From: a phage
Strand: one strand, 5' to 3'
DNA length: 64,000 nt
Assembly: GCA_014685065.1 (NCBI GenBank)
Contig: GCA_014685065.1_4092.2
Positions 46,923 through 55,286 of this stretch are shown here, piece by piece (within the stretch, counting starts at the first letter, position 1; each line of letters starts with the position of its first letter). Made by a program: the position numbers and the translations under genes. The notes below the pieces were generated by a model. That model made no database searches. It was not told where the DNA came from and was given only the letters and a program-made list of their open reading frames with translations.

Positions 46923-47405
46923 ATGGCTAATGTAAAATCATTTCTGAAAGCACTGATTTCTAACGATACTGTTATTGCTGCTGAATTGCTGGCTGACCTG
47001 GATAATGATACCATGAAAGCAGTACGCAACAATTTTAACATTGCTTACAGTGAAGCGAAAGAACTACAAGCCAAAAAGGTAGCAGAACTGGAAGAACAGA
47101 AAAAAGCCCGTGAAGCAGAACTGCAAGCAACAATAGAAAGTATTCAGGCGGCGGTGTCTGGTTTAGATCTGGAAGTGGTTATTGAAATGGCACATAAAGC
47201 CCTGGCGGTTAAGTACGGTGAAGATAAGCCGGAATCTAAGCCTAAAAAATGGATTCAAGAACGTGTTACGGTTGTCCTTGATAACGGGGAAGAACATTTG
47301 ATTCCTGTACGCGGTAACTGCATTGCGGTAGTACTAGATGCAATCAAAGAAAGCGGTATGACTCGCGAGGAATGGATCGAAGCTCACCGCAAAGTTGAAG
47401 CATAA
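46923..47405 (+). CDS. hypothetical protein with coiled-coil-like acidic/basic stretch
   Basis: ATG 46923 after GAGGA. Confidence 0.55.
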   Translation: MANVKSFLKALISNDTVIAAELLADLDNDTMKAVRNNFNIAYSEAKELQAKKVAELEEQKKAREAELQATIESIQAAVSGLDLEVVIEMAHKALAVKYGEDKPESKPKKWIQERVTVVLDNGEEHLIPVRGNCIAVVLDAIKESGMTREEWIEAHRKVEA

Positions 47406-47424
47406 CAATTAAAGTACTGAATCA

Positions 47425-47452
47425 CTAGCCCACTTATACAGTGGGCTTTTTT
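47425..47452 (+). terminator. intrinsic terminator
   Basis: AGCCCACT-tatac-AGTGGGCT + T6. Confidence 0.7.
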
Positions 47453-47606
47453 GTGTCTATAGTATTCCATGCCGTCAGCACCTCATAGAATCGATTCTAA
47501 CGCATTAAACTGATTATCTGATGCATCGCCCTAGCTGGTGGAGTTAAGGCCGTTAGAATGCGATTGAGAGTGTTAAAAGTATTTTACAAAAAGTAATAAA
47601 AAGTAC

Positions 47607-47634
47607 TTGCACGATTCAGAGATTAGCGTATAAT
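47607..47634 (+). promoter_or_regulatory. promoter TTGCAC ... TATAAT
   Basis: agtacttgcacgattcagagattagcgtataatg. Confidence 0.5.
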
Positions 47635-47679
47635 GTTTTACATCAAGGCGAAACACCTTAACTAACTGAGGATATAAAG

Positions 47680-47832
47680 ATGAATACTTATGAACTGGAT
47701 TGTTTCACTATGCAAGTAATGTTAGTATGCAGTAAAAAAGAATGGTCATCAAAGGAATTTAAAGCAGTTATTGCATGTTCAAAAAAAGGTAAGTCTATTA
47801 TTGAAACGGCAGCTATCGTAGATAGTCTTTAA
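47680..47832 (+). CDS. small hypothetical protein (50 aa)
   Basis: hand-called: RBS GAGGA, ATG 47680, stop 47830. Confidence 0.35.
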   Translation: MNTYELDCFTMQVMLVCSKKEWSSKEFKAVIACSKKGKSIIETAAIVDSL

Positions 47833-47840
47833 AAAATAGT

Positions 47841-47868
47841 TTGACAATAGTTTTAAGTACTGACATAA
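47841..47868 (+). promoter_or_regulatory. promoter TTGACA ... CATAAT
   Basis: tttgacaatagttttaagtactgacataat. Confidence 0.5.
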
Positions 47869-47902
47869 TACATACATCAACTACTGAATAGGAATCAAAA
47901 CA

Positions 47903-48130
47903 ATGGCTATCGTAATCACTCGCGTATCTGGTACTACTGGCAATTCTTCTACTGTTGCTGTAATTACTAATAAGAAAGGTGCGGAATTACATTTTGCAAT
48001 GAATACCTGGGCGGTGAATGAGTTCGGTCAGTGGGCTAGTGTAGAATACATTGAAACCTATCAAGTGCCAACCATTAGCTTAACGGATCTCGGCGTAGAT
48101 CGTATCTTATGCCTGGATGAATTAAACTAA
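47903..48130 (+). CDS. hypothetical protein
   Basis: RBS AGGAA. Confidence 0.5.
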   Translation: MAIVITRVSGTTGNSSTVAVITNKKGAELHFAMNTWAVNEFGQWASVEYIETYQVPTISLTDLGVDRILCLDELN

Positions 48131-48137
48131 AAAGTAC

Positions 48138-48197
48138 TTGCAAAGTAAATCGGATAAAGTATAATACATTACATCAAGGGGAGAAATGATTCTCCCC
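48138..48197 (+). promoter_or_regulatory. PeSL-like module
   Basis: TTGCAA 48138-48143, TATAAT 48160-48165, hairpin GGGGAGAAATGATTCTCCCC 48178-48197. Confidence 0.65.
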
Positions 48198-48215
48198 ACT
48201 AAGAGGAAACTAAAA

Positions 48216-48359
48216 ATGAAAACTTGTCAATGTGGTAAAAAATCTATCACTGGTTTGAAACGGGGCGTTGCTCTTTGTCAGTATCACTATAACGCTCAAG
48301 TATGGGGTAAAGAGTGGGCCGACCAGGTGGAAGCAATAAAGAAAGCAAAAAGTAAGTAA
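48216..48359 (+). CDS. small Cys-containing protein (47 aa), possible zinc ribbon
   Basis: hand-called: RBS AGAGGA, ATG 48216; CQCG ... C..H pattern. Confidence 0.35.
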   Translation: MKTCQCGKKSITGLKRGVALCQYHYNAQVWGKEWADQVEAIKKAKSK

Positions 48360-48443
48360 AATTATTATCACAGTACTATTGACATAGATTGATAGTACTG
48401 GCATAATAGATTTTATCAAGACAACTAAGAGGAAACAAAAATG
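48349..48443 (+). repeat. about 95-bp direct repeat, copy 1 (gene end + promoter + leader)
   Basis: near-identical to 48649-48737, including AGTACTATTGACATAG(A/T)TTGATAGTACTGGCATAAT. Confidence 0.6.
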
Positions 48444-48653
48444 GCTATCATTACAAAAATCAAAGTAAACAATTCACTGGTTAAACTGGAACAAGTGAAA
48501 GCGGGTTATAAAGTATCATGGTGCGGAATGTATCGGATGTTCGCAGATATTGACGATGCAATCAAATATTATACTGATACGGTTGCTAACTTTGTTCGTG
48601 CTGATGTAGTGATGGCAGTTGCACAACATAAAGCATCAAAGCAAAGTAAGTAA
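48441..48653 (+). CDS. hypothetical protein
   Basis: RBS AGAGGAAA. Confidence 0.55.
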   Translation: MAIITKIKVNNSLVKLEQVKAGYKVSWCGMYRMFADIDDAIKYYTDTVANFVRADVVMAVAQHKASKQSK

Positions 48654-48737
48654 AATTATTATCACAGTACTATTGACATAGTTTGATAGTACTGGCATAA
48701 TAGATTTTATCAAGACAACTAAGAGGAAATTAAAATG
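48649..48737 (+). repeat. about 95-bp direct repeat, copy 2
   Basis: see copy 1. Confidence 0.6.
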
Positions 48738-49079
48738 GCTAACATCAACACTATCTCAGCACAAAATATCAACCTGTCTTCTGTTGAAGTTGTACATATT
48801 GCCGCTCGGCGTTGGTTCCAGGCTTCATATGGTAACACTTATTTCTCTTTAAGTGTAGACGTAGAAATTGATGGTAATTTTATTGAAGTAGTAAACGTGC
48901 CGTTCCAATATGGATACGGGGATCACTTTGACACTGTAGCAATGGAAGAATTTAGCAAGGTTATTAATATGGAAGATAAAGAGTTTTTACGCGGTTCTTA
49001 TCTTTCCCGTTTTTGCCGTGACAATAATATCACTGTTTACAGTTCGGTAACTGATGTTAAACGCAAAAAAGATCTTTAA
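48735..49079 (+). CDS. hypothetical protein, paralog of 55311 gene
   Basis: shares GNTY(F/H)S ... YGYG ... VKRKKD(L/M) with 55311..55634. Confidence 0.55.
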   Translation: MANINTISAQNINLSSVEVVHIAARRWFQASYGNTYFSLSVDVEIDGNFIEVVNVPFQYGYGDHFDTVAMEEFSKVINMEDKEFLRGSYLSRFCRDNNITVYSSVTDVKRKKDL

Positions 49080-49159
49080 TTAGCTTTACTTTATGCAGAT
49101 ACTTTGATATAGTGTCTGCATAGGGGAAAGAAATTAAATCAAATTAAGAGGATAGTAAA

Positions 49160-49429
49160 ATGAAAAATATCAGTACTTTAATCGATGCAGGTACTCATGT
49201 TCGTCGGTCAATGGTTGCAACCAGTACTACAAAACAAGTAGCAAGCGGTTATCTTGTATTTGTACACGAAGGAAAGCTATTGGAACGTTCAATCAATTTT
49301 GATGTTAAAAACAATTGCCGTTTTATTATTTTTAAGCGTGAACAATATAAAATTGATTTGCCAGCAAAGCCCATTAGCGGGGCGTACAACGTGCAATCAT
49401 TGTTTGAGCGTCAACCATACACCTATTAA
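49160..49429 (+). CDS. hypothetical protein
   Basis: RBS AGAGGA. Confidence 0.5.
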   Translation: MKNISTLIDAGTHVRRSMVATSTTKQVASGYLVFVHEGKLLERSINFDVKNNCRFIIFKREQYKIDLPAKPISGAYNVQSLFERQPYTY

Positions 49430-49480
49430 TCAAAACATCGTTAGCGGTCGATTTAGGCCGCTTATATTGGGGATTATACC

Positions 49481-49651
49481 ATGAACGTTAATCAAGTACT
49501 GAATGAAGTTGAAAGCATCATTAAACCAATGAAACGTATTGATGCTGTTCCTACACCGGAAGAATGCCGCCTTTATGAGCGTTACAGTGTGGAACAAGCC
49601 CAGGAAATGGCCCGTATCCGTCCGGTTGCCAGTACTGATAAGGCGGCGTAA
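49481..49651 (+). CDS. small hypothetical protein (56 aa)
   Basis: hand-called: RBS GGGGA, ATG 49481; replaces N-terminal part of track ORF 49539. Confidence 0.4.
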   Translation: MNVNQVLNEVESIIKPMKRIDAVPTPEECRLYERYSVEQAQEMARIRPVASTDKAA

Positions 49652-49652
49652 T

Positions 49653-49859
49653 ATGCTTACTGTACAGGATAAGATCGACATCTTAAAGGTTAATATGTAT
49701 GTGATTGATGCAGATCCTGAAAAAGTATTTGCATACGATGATTCTAATCGTAGTCCTTTTTATTGTAGTCATGTAGTTGGATACGTGCCGTTAGCGTATG
49801 TTATCGAAAGAGTGGTTGATTCAGCTTATAAACATTACTTAGAAAGTACTTGCAATTAG
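49653..49859 (+). CDS. hypothetical protein
   Basis: ATG 49653 right after previous stop; 3' end overlaps next promoter. Confidence 0.45.
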   Translation: MLTVQDKIDILKVNMYVIDADPEKVFAYDDSNRSPFYCSHVVGYVPLAYVIERVVDSAYKHYLESTCN

Positions 49860-49910
49860 TTTTCAGTACTGTATAATTGTTTACATAGAGGGGGGGAATG
49901 GTTCTCCCCG
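49850..49910 (+). promoter_or_regulatory. PeSL-like module
   Basis: TTGCAA 49850-49855, TGTATAAT 49870-49877, hairpin GGGGGGGAATGGTTCTCCCC. Confidence 0.65.
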
Positions 49911-49927
49911 ATACTAGGAGAAACAAA

Positions 49928-50080
49928 ATGAAACAATATAACGCTCGGTTTGATGTTACTATCGGTAACGGGAAAGGTCAGTACTCTTTCAGTACTCGTA
50001 AAAGTTATACAGAAAACTTCCTGCGTAATTGTGCACTGACCGCCGCACAAATTAAACATTACTTTCAGGCTAAAAAATGA
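49928..50080 (+). CDS. small hypothetical protein (50 aa)
   Basis: ATG 49928 after AGGAGA. Confidence 0.5.
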   Translation: MKQYNARFDVTIGNGKGQYSFSTRKSYTENFLRNCALTAAQIKHYFQAKK

Positions 50081-50166
50081 AATCATTAGCTTACTATAGT
50101 TCGGCCCTGGTCGGTGCAGTACTGGCGGCATTGTTAGTAACCTATCTATTCTTTATGGTGATTTAA
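50077..50166 (+). CDS. 29-aa hydrophobic peptide
   Basis: ATGA overlap; single TM-like segment. Confidence 0.3.
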   Translation: MKSLAYYSSALVGAVLAALLVTYLFFMVI

Positions 50167-50304
50167 ATGAATCCAAATAATATTATCTATCCTAACGCTA
50201 AAACGAAAGCAGATAAGGTAAACGCAAAAAAAGCGAAAGTAAAGCAGTACATCAAGCAAGGCATGACACGCAAAGCGGCATTGCTTAAAGCTAAAAATAA
50301 ATGA
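50167..50304 (+). CDS. 45-aa Lys-rich peptide
   Basis: ATG directly after previous stop; followed by terminator module. Confidence 0.3.
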   Translation: MNPNNIIYPNAKTKADKVNAKKAKVKQYIKQGMTRKAALLKAKNK

Positions 50305-50310
50305 AAAAAG

Positions 50311-50342
50311 TGGTTGACTTCGGTCAGCCATTTTGCTATTAT
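50311..50342 (+). terminator. bifunctional terminator/promoter module
   Basis: TGGTTGACTTCGGTCAGCCA + TTTTGCTATTAT. Confidence 0.65.
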
Positions 50343-50366
50343 ATATTCATTGAGAGATAGCTCACT

Positions 50367-50392
50367 AGCCCACAGGGTGCAGGAATGTATCT
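50367..50392 (+). repeat. conserved element AGCCCACAGGGTGCAGGAATGTATCT
   Basis: same element near 44093, 52048, 54401, 57711, 59965 and inverted near 46197. Confidence 0.5.
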
Positions 50393-50446
50393 ATTGTATA
50401 ATGATTGAGTACTGAAAACTATTTTAAAGTATTTGATAAAAAGTAC

Positions 50447-50506
50447 TTGCAAACTATCTCAATAAGCGTATAATGTTTTACATCGCAAGGGGAAACGGTT
50501 TCCCCT
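50447..50506 (+). promoter_or_regulatory. PeSL-like module
   Basis: TTGCAA, TATAAT 50469-50474, hairpin AGGGGAAACGGTTTCCCCT. Confidence 0.65.
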
Positions 50507-50525
50507 GGTAATAAGGAAACGAATC

Positions 50526-50867
50526 ATGACTATTGCAATTGCTCAATCTAACTTTGAAAACGAAATCATCGCTCAGGCACTGCGTTTAAATGATGGTCGG
50601 GCCGAAATCAATTACGGTTTCAATAGTGGTGGATGTGAAAAATATCAGTACTTTGTAACGGCTGATGGCTGTGTCCTGGGTATCAATACAGTTATTGTAA
50701 ACATTCAGAAAATTAATTTCAATGATCCAGACGATAGCCAGTTTTACATCACGGGCGTAGACGTGAACTACGAAGATGATTCCTTAACTGATGATTACAC
50801 TGGCGAGAAGTTAGAAAGTGCATACGGTGAGGATGATTATCAGTCCGGTCCAGAAGATTTTGAATAA
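50526..50867 (+). CDS. acidic hypothetical protein
   Basis: RBS AAGGAAA. Confidence 0.55.
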   Translation: MTIAIAQSNFENEIIAQALRLNDGRAEINYGFNSGGCEKYQYFVTADGCVLGINTVIVNIQKINFNDPDDSQFYITGVDVNYEDDSLTDDYTGEKLESAYGEDDYQSGPEDFE

Positions 50868-50881
50868 TATTAAAAAATAGT

Positions 50882-50940
50882 TTGACAATAGTTTCCAGTA
50901 CTGTATAATTAATTACATCAAGGGGAGAATAGTTCTCCCC
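50882..50940 (+). promoter_or_regulatory. PeSL-like module (near-identical to 51154-51212)
   Basis: TTGACA 50882-50887, TATAAT 50904-50909, hairpin GGGGAGAATAGTTCTCCCC 50922-50940. Confidence 0.7.
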
Positions 50941-50962
50941 ACTAACAGAGAGAGAAAACAAA

Positions 50963-51145
50963 ATGGCTGAATTAATCGCTCGGAATACAATTGCAGGCGT
51001 TGAAGATGTAACATTATCATATGATTCAGATAAACAAGTTTACGTCATTCGTTATGGTCTGATTGGTGTTAACGTTGATTCAATTGACGAAGCCTTTGAA
51101 AAATACTTTGAATTTATCAACCTGGCTTATGATGATTATCGTTAA
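50963..51145 (+). CDS. hypothetical protein
   Basis: RBS AGAGAGA; flanked by duplicate PeSL modules. Confidence 0.55.
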   Translation: MAELIARNTIAGVEDVTLSYDSDKQVYVIRYGLIGVNVDSIDEAFEKYFEFINLAYDDYR

Positions 51146-51153
51146 AAAATAGT

Positions 51154-51212
51154 TTGACAATAGTTTTAAGTACTGTATAATTAATTACATCAAGGGGAGA
51201 ATAGTTCTCCCC
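51154..51212 (+). promoter_or_regulatory. PeSL-like module (duplicate of 50882-50940)
   Basis: TTGACA 51154-51159, TATAAT 51176-51181, hairpin 51194-51212. Confidence 0.7.
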
Positions 51213-51229
51213 ACTAAGAGGAAAACAAA

Positions 51230-51448
51230 ATGGCTAATATCCGCACTGTACTGAAAAATGCAAAACAAGTTTTATTTTCTGACGATGAATATTTTAATCG
51301 CAATATCAAAGGCGTTCGGAACATTGAGGATGTAAAGGAATTATTTGGAATCAAAGGTAACGTATATCGTAAAGGATTGCACGGTAATCATTTTGAATAT
51401 AAGTTAGCTGATAGTGATTATAACTTTACACTGACTATCATTAACTAA
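51230..51448 (+). CDS. hypothetical protein
   Basis: RBS AGAGGAAA. Confidence 0.55.
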   Translation: MANIRTVLKNAKQVLFSDDEYFNRNIKGVRNIEDVKELFGIKGNVYRKGLHGNHFEYKLADSDYNFTLTIIN

Positions 51449-51540
51449 AAATATTATCACAGTACTATTGACAACTGCCGATAGTACTGGCATAATAACT
51501 TTTATCAACAGTAGTTAACTTAACCTAAGAGAGAAACATC

Positions 51541-51684
51541 ATGACAGCATTAGATTCATTCATCGACGCAGTACTGGCAAAAACTGGCGAGGATCTGACC
51601 GCAGAACAATACGCGATGATCGAGCAATGCCAGCAAAACGGTAAATCGGTGAAAGATACTGTTAAGATTATCCGCAAGATGTAA
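51541..51684 (+). CDS. small hypothetical protein (47 aa)
   Basis: hand-called: RBS AGAGAGA, ATG 51541; followed by terminator-like hairpin. Confidence 0.35.
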   Translation: MTALDSFIDAVLAKTGEDLTAEQYAMIEQCQQNGKSVKDTVKIIRKM

Positions 51685-51789
51685 GAATATAGCCCACTGG
51701 TTAACGCTGGTGGGCTTTAATCATTTACCCTATACAATGCCAGTACTAAACCGTTTATCTCGTTAGAATGCGTTACAGGACGTTTAACA

Positions 51790-51987
51790 ATGATTAGCAT
51801 GAAATCAGTACAAAAACAAATTGATACATTATCAAAAATTAAACGTAAACAGTACTCCTTAGAATATACAATCAATGGTAACTATCATCTAATGAAAGAA
51901 AATAATTTTATAGTCATTGATGAATCATTGCAAATCATTAGTATAGTACTGAAAGCATTAATCAATGACAGAAAAAAGTTAAAATAA
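51790..51987 (+). CDS. hypothetical protein
   Basis: RBS AGGA. Confidence 0.45.
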   Translation: MISMKSVQKQIDTLSKIKRKQYSLEYTINGNYHLMKENNFIVIDESLQIISIVLKALINDRKKLK

Positions 51988-51991
51988 TCTA

Positions 51992-52020
51992 TTGACAATA
52001 TTATCCAGTACTGGCATAAT
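51992..52020 (+). promoter_or_regulatory. promoter TTGACA ... GCATAAT
   Basis: attgacaatattatccagtactggcataat. Confidence 0.5.
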
Positions 52021-52079
52021 ACTTACATCAAGACGAGAACGTCACTAACCCATAGGGTGCACAAATGTAACTGTATAAT

Positions 52080-52120
52080 ATTGATCAAAAAATGATCTGA
52101 TCAATACTTGATCAATTTGC
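52080..52120 (+). promoter_or_regulatory. cluster of three TTGATCA half-palindromes, candidate operator
   Basis: ttgatcaaaaaatgatctgatcaatacttgatcaatttg. Confidence 0.4.
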
Positions 52121-52318
52121 GTAAAGTAGTATAATTCTATGCAGTTGGTTAGACGAAAGGTTATGATTAGTAGTGGAAGTGTATAAAAATTTTCATGGTG
52201 TGGTGATCCGCACATATGGGGATGAATATGTCGTGTCGTATGGATTGGAAAAAGTAAGAACAAGTAATATACTTGTCGCGTTACAGTACTATAGTAATTT
52301 TATAATGAGGTTAAAATA

Positions 52319-52576
52319 ATGGCTGTAGGATTCACGAAAGATGGGGCCGAGCAAGACGAGATTAACGCAGTGATTCAGGCCGCTGTTAACCACGCTAGAA
52401 CGCAAATTAACGCACAAATAGAATCACTGATACATTGCCTCGACTGCGGCGATAAAATCCCTGAGAATCGCCGCCAGGCAGTTAAGGGGTGTAAGTACTG
52501 CATCACTTGCCAGGCTGATCATGATAGCATATTCAAACGCAATCCCCGTAATTGTTGGCATAGATCTATGAGATAA
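52319..52576 (+). CDS. TraR/DksA-family C4 zinc-finger protein
   Basis: CLDCGDKIPENRRQAVKGCKYCITCQ matches the CxxC-(17)-CxxC TraR/DksA pattern. Confidence 0.65.
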   Translation: MAVGFTKDGAEQDEINAVIQAAVNHARTQINAQIESLIHCLDCGDKIPENRRQAVKGCKYCITCQADHDSIFKRNPRNCWHRSMR

Positions 52577-52581
52577 AAAGT

Positions 52582-52610
52582 ATTGACAGTGCTGTTAGTT
52601 AGTGTATAAT
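52582..52610 (+). promoter_or_regulatory. promoter TTGACA-17-TATAAT
   Basis: TTGACA 52582-52587, TATAAT 52605-52610. Confidence 0.55.
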
Positions 52611-52639
52611 ATTTTATATCTTAACTGAGGATTGAAATC

Positions 52640-52996
52640 ATGGGTATACAACATATCACGCGTACTACAGACAATGGTGAGATCACTGGCTATCAAGTAC
52701 AAGGCAAAGTAGCACAATTGCAGTACTGGTTTGTTAAACGTGGCATTGTTGCACCAGATCTTGATTATAATCGTGTAGCGTTTATTGATTCTCTTTATGT
52801 TGATCCCGATAATCGCGGTAACGGTGAAGGTACTGAATTAATGAATGCCTTTATTGATGCCGCCGATGATTCAGATTGTATCATCTTAGAATGCGATACG
52901 GGAGAAGATAACGCATTTAATCTTAAAGAATGGTATGAAAGTTTTGGTTTTGAAGTGCTGATGGACTGCGAATATCCTATAATGATTTTATCCTAG
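52640..52996 (+). CDS. putative small GNAT-like acetyltransferase
   Basis: motif-A-like DNRGNGEGTELM, then WYESFGF. Confidence 0.4.
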   Translation: MGIQHITRTTDNGEITGYQVQGKVAQLQYWFVKRGIVAPDLDYNRVAFIDSLYVDPDNRGNGEGTELMNAFIDAADDSDCIILECDTGEDNAFNLKEWYESFGFEVLMDCEYPIMILS

Positions 52997-52999
52997 TAC

Positions 53000-53058
53000 T
53001 TGCAATTAGTTTTAAGTACTGTATAATAGTTTACATGAAGGGGAGAATAGTTCTCCCC
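53000..53058 (+). promoter_or_regulatory. PeSL-like module
   Basis: TTGCAA 53000-53005, TATAAT 53022-53027, hairpin 53040-53058. Confidence 0.65.
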
Positions 53059-53075
53059 ACTACAAGGAAAGACAA

Positions 53076-53264
53076 ATGCAAAACTTATCAAGTATTTTAG
53101 TACAAGATGATTTCGGTAATCCTGGAAGTGCTATCATTGTTCGGGGTAATAAAGCAACATTTGTTATTGCTGGTGGACCTGTACAGCGTAGCATTAAAAA
53201 CAATGCAGTTACAATCAATAATGTTCGCTATCGCTTGGATAAAGAATTGATTCATAAACTGTAA
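53076..53264 (+). CDS. hypothetical protein
   Basis: RBS AAGGAAA. Confidence 0.5.
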   Translation: MQNLSSILVQDDFGNPGSAIIVRGNKATFVIAGGPVQRSIKNNAVTINNVRYRLDKELIHKL

Positions 53265-53291
53265 TATTAATTTAATAGAGGATAAAAATAA

Positions 53292-53615
53292 ATGTATATT
53301 CATACTACTATCACAAAAGAAGTTCGTTGTCAATTCGAAAGTATCCCTGGTGTATGTTTCATTACAGGCACTTTCTCACCTGGTGACCGTGATAATCCAG
53401 TACTGTTACAGTTACGCCATCCATTATGGGATAAAGCATTTGATCTGCCGTTGAATGAATTCGCAACCACTGCTGATAAGTACATTAAAAATATTCGCGA
53501 GAATGATTGCCTATTCATTAATGCTTTTAGTGATGCCGCGTTAAGTGAGATCCATGCTGTATTGGTTGCAATCATGGAATCAATGGAGAAAACTATATTC
53601 AAACAAGGTGAATAA
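53292..53615 (+). CDS. hypothetical protein
   Basis: RBS AGAGGA. Confidence 0.55.
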   Translation: MYIHTTITKEVRCQFESIPGVCFITGTFSPGDRDNPVLLQLRHPLWDKAFDLPLNEFATTADKYIKNIRENDCLFINAFSDAALSEIHAVLVAIMESMEKTIFKQGE

Positions 53616-53621
53616 AAACTA

Positions 53622-53680
53622 TTGACAATGTAATCTAGTACTGTATAATAGTTTACATGAAGGGGAGAAATGATTCTCCC
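53622..53680 (+). promoter_or_regulatory. PeSL-like module
   Basis: TTGACA 53622-53627, TATAAT 53645-53650, hairpin GGGGAGAAATGATTCTCCCC. Confidence 0.65.
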
Positions 53681-53698
53681 CACTAAGAGGAAAGAAAC

Positions 53699-53911
53699 AT
53701 GCAAGGTCAACTAATCGTTCGTAAATGGTCTGATACTAACGAAAAACCGTGGGATGTTCAATATATCGGACCGGACGGTGTTTCACGTTATCAACCTGGC
53801 GTAACGCATAGTACTGAGCAATATGCCGCCGCTCACCGTGAACGCCTGTTAGAATCTATGAAACAGGGATTCTGTGAAAAATTCATTCAAGATCATTGGC
53901 TGAAAGATTAA
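53699..53911 (+). CDS. hypothetical protein
   Basis: RBS AGAGGAAA. Confidence 0.55.
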   Translation: MQGQLIVRKWSDTNEKPWDVQYIGPDGVSRYQPGVTHSTEQYAAAHRERLLESMKQGFCEKFIQDHWLKD

Positions 53912-53928
53912 TAGAAGGAGTACAGCTT

Positions 53929-54021
53929 ATGCAAATGAATCCGATGATTGTTGTGTTAGCTGTACTTATGGTCATTCATGCCATCGTAGAAGTACTAACA
54001 CAATCAGGAGTAATACAATGA
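53929..54021 (+). CDS. 30-aa hydrophobic peptide
   Basis: hand-called: RBS AGGAG, ATG 53929. Confidence 0.3.
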   Translation: MQMNPMIVVLAVLMVIHAIVEVLTQSGVIQ

Positions 54022-54188
54022 TCCAGGTGGAATTATCAGTACTGAAAGATCTGTTTTATCGGTTAGGCACTACTGGCGAATACCCTAAAGGGGATACTGC
54101 TAAACTATACATTGCATTGGATGTATGGCAACGTAATGAACTGGCTAACGCCTGGCGTAAAGGTAAATCAGAGGGGATTGCAGCATGA
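54018..54188 (+). CDS. small hypothetical protein (56 aa)
   Basis: hand-called: ATGA overlap. Confidence 0.35.
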   Translation: MIQVELSVLKDLFYRLGTTGEYPKGDTAKLYIALDVWQRNELANAWRKGKSEGIAA

Positions 54189-54334
54189 AAGAATTCTTAT
54201 TCGAAGTAGTGTTCCAGGGCGTAGGAAGTAACCAACTGATTCGATCAAGTGGTTACAATGTTAACCAGGCATGGAATAACATTAAACAAATGTACCCGAA
54301 CGCTATCACATATCGCAACCCAAAACAAGTTTAA
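54185..54334 (+). CDS. small hypothetical protein (49 aa)
   Basis: hand-called: ATGA overlap; followed by terminator module. Confidence 0.35.
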   Translation: MKEFLFEVVFQGVGSNQLIRSSGYNVNQAWNNIKQMYPNAITYRNPKQV

Positions 54335-54348
54335 AAAGAATTAAAAAA

Positions 54349-54381
54349 GGGATTGACTCCGGTCAGTCCCTTTGCTATTAT
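54349..54381 (+). terminator. bifunctional terminator/promoter module (GGGATTGACTCCGGTCAGTCCC variant)
   Basis: hairpin 54349-54370 + TTTGCTATTAT. Confidence 0.65.
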
Positions 54382-54481
54382 ATACGCATAGAAACAAATC
54401 AGCCCACAGGGTGCATAAATGTATCTATTATATGCTGGTGGCTAGTACTATCAAGTACTGAAAACTATTTTTAAAAAGTAC

Positions 54482-54509
54482 TTGCAAAGTATCACGATAA
54501 GCGTATAAT
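54482..54509 (+). promoter_or_regulatory. promoter TTGCAA-16-TATAAT upstream of structured element copy B
   Basis: TTGCAA 54482-54487, TATAAT 54504-54509. Confidence 0.55.
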
Positions 54510-54512
54510 GTT

Positions 54513-54592
54513 TTACATCAGGACGGGGAACGAAACAAGTAACTCCCCGTTAAGTAGTCCAGGAGTAAGACATACGAAAACCTCCCCTGATA
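54513..54592 (+). ncRNA. structured RNA element, copy B
   Basis: perfect ACGGGGA/TCCCCGT stem plus second GGAG/CTCC hairpin; see copy A at 44181. Confidence 0.35.
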
Positions 54593-54599
54593 AAATAGT

Positions 54600-54628
54600 T
54601 TGACAATACCAAGTAAACGAGTATAATA
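54600..54628 (+). promoter_or_regulatory. promoter TTGACA-17-TATAAT
   Basis: TTGACA 54600-54605, TATAAT 54623-54628. Confidence 0.55.
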
Positions 54629-54657
54629 CTTACATCAACCACAAAGAGGAATACAAA

Positions 54658-54858
54658 ATGAAACATTTTACTTTCGGTGTAGTAGGCTTTACAGTATCCA
54701 GCGGCGTTTATAAATCAGAACGCGGTGCTAAAAATGCAGCAAGTCGGGCGTATGGTTCACAGCGTGACTTACAGGTCGGTTATATTAGTAACATTAATAA
54801 CATGTTTATTCCTGTTTCACAGCGTAAAGCGGGTAACATGAAATGGGAAACAATTTGA
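54658..54858 (+). CDS. hypothetical protein
   Basis: RBS AGAGGAA. Confidence 0.5.
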   Translation: MKHFTFGVVGFTVSSGVYKSERGAKNAASRAYGSQRDLQVGYISNINNMFIPVSQRKAGNMKWETI

Positions 54859-54867
54859 TAAAATAGT

Positions 54868-54926
54868 TTGACAATAGTTTTTAGTACTGTATAATAGTTT
54901 ACATCAAGTGGGGAATAGTTCCCCAC
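54868..54926 (+). promoter_or_regulatory. PeSL-like module
   Basis: TTGACA 54868-54873, TATAAT 54890-54895, hairpin GTGGGGAATAGTTCCCCAC. Confidence 0.65.
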
Positions 54927-54947
54927 CTAACAAAGAGAGAAATTAAA

Positions 54948-55223
54948 ATGCGGATTCTACTGACAGCTAACGAAATCGAGCAAGTACTGACTACTAACCT
55001 GGAAGACTGGAAACGTGATGCAGATATCCAGGCGGTGCAATGGCTCAATGATAAGTTAACGCCGGATGATTTAAGTAAGATTGTAGATCCACAATTCTAT
55101 GAAGATATTCACGACACGGCTTTAAGCGTCGAGGATGTACTTGATAAGCACTACATTGATATTGATTTGCAGGTTTACGGTCGTAAAAACTTTATCACTA
55201 TTCACGACATTTATAATAATTAA
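54948..55223 (+). CDS. acidic hypothetical protein
   Basis: RBS AGAGAGA. Confidence 0.55.
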   Translation: MRILLTANEIEQVLTTNLEDWKRDADIQAVQWLNDKLTPDDLSKIVDPQFYEDIHDTALSVEDVLDKHYIDIDLQVYGRKNFITIHDIYNN

Positions 55224-55226
55224 GTA

Positions 55227-55286
55227 TTGACAAAGTATCTTAGTACTGTATAATAGTTTACATCAAGGCAGGGGAATGGTTCCCCT
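55227..55286 (+). promoter_or_regulatory. PeSL-like module
   Basis: TTGACA 55227-55232, TATAAT 55249-55254, hairpin AGGGGAATGGTTCCCCT. Confidence 0.65.

Noticed and set aside
49539-49859. Track ORF 49539-49859 as a single 106-aa gene
   Set aside because: Its N-terminal part overlaps a better ORF in another frame (49481-49651, with RBS); split into two genes
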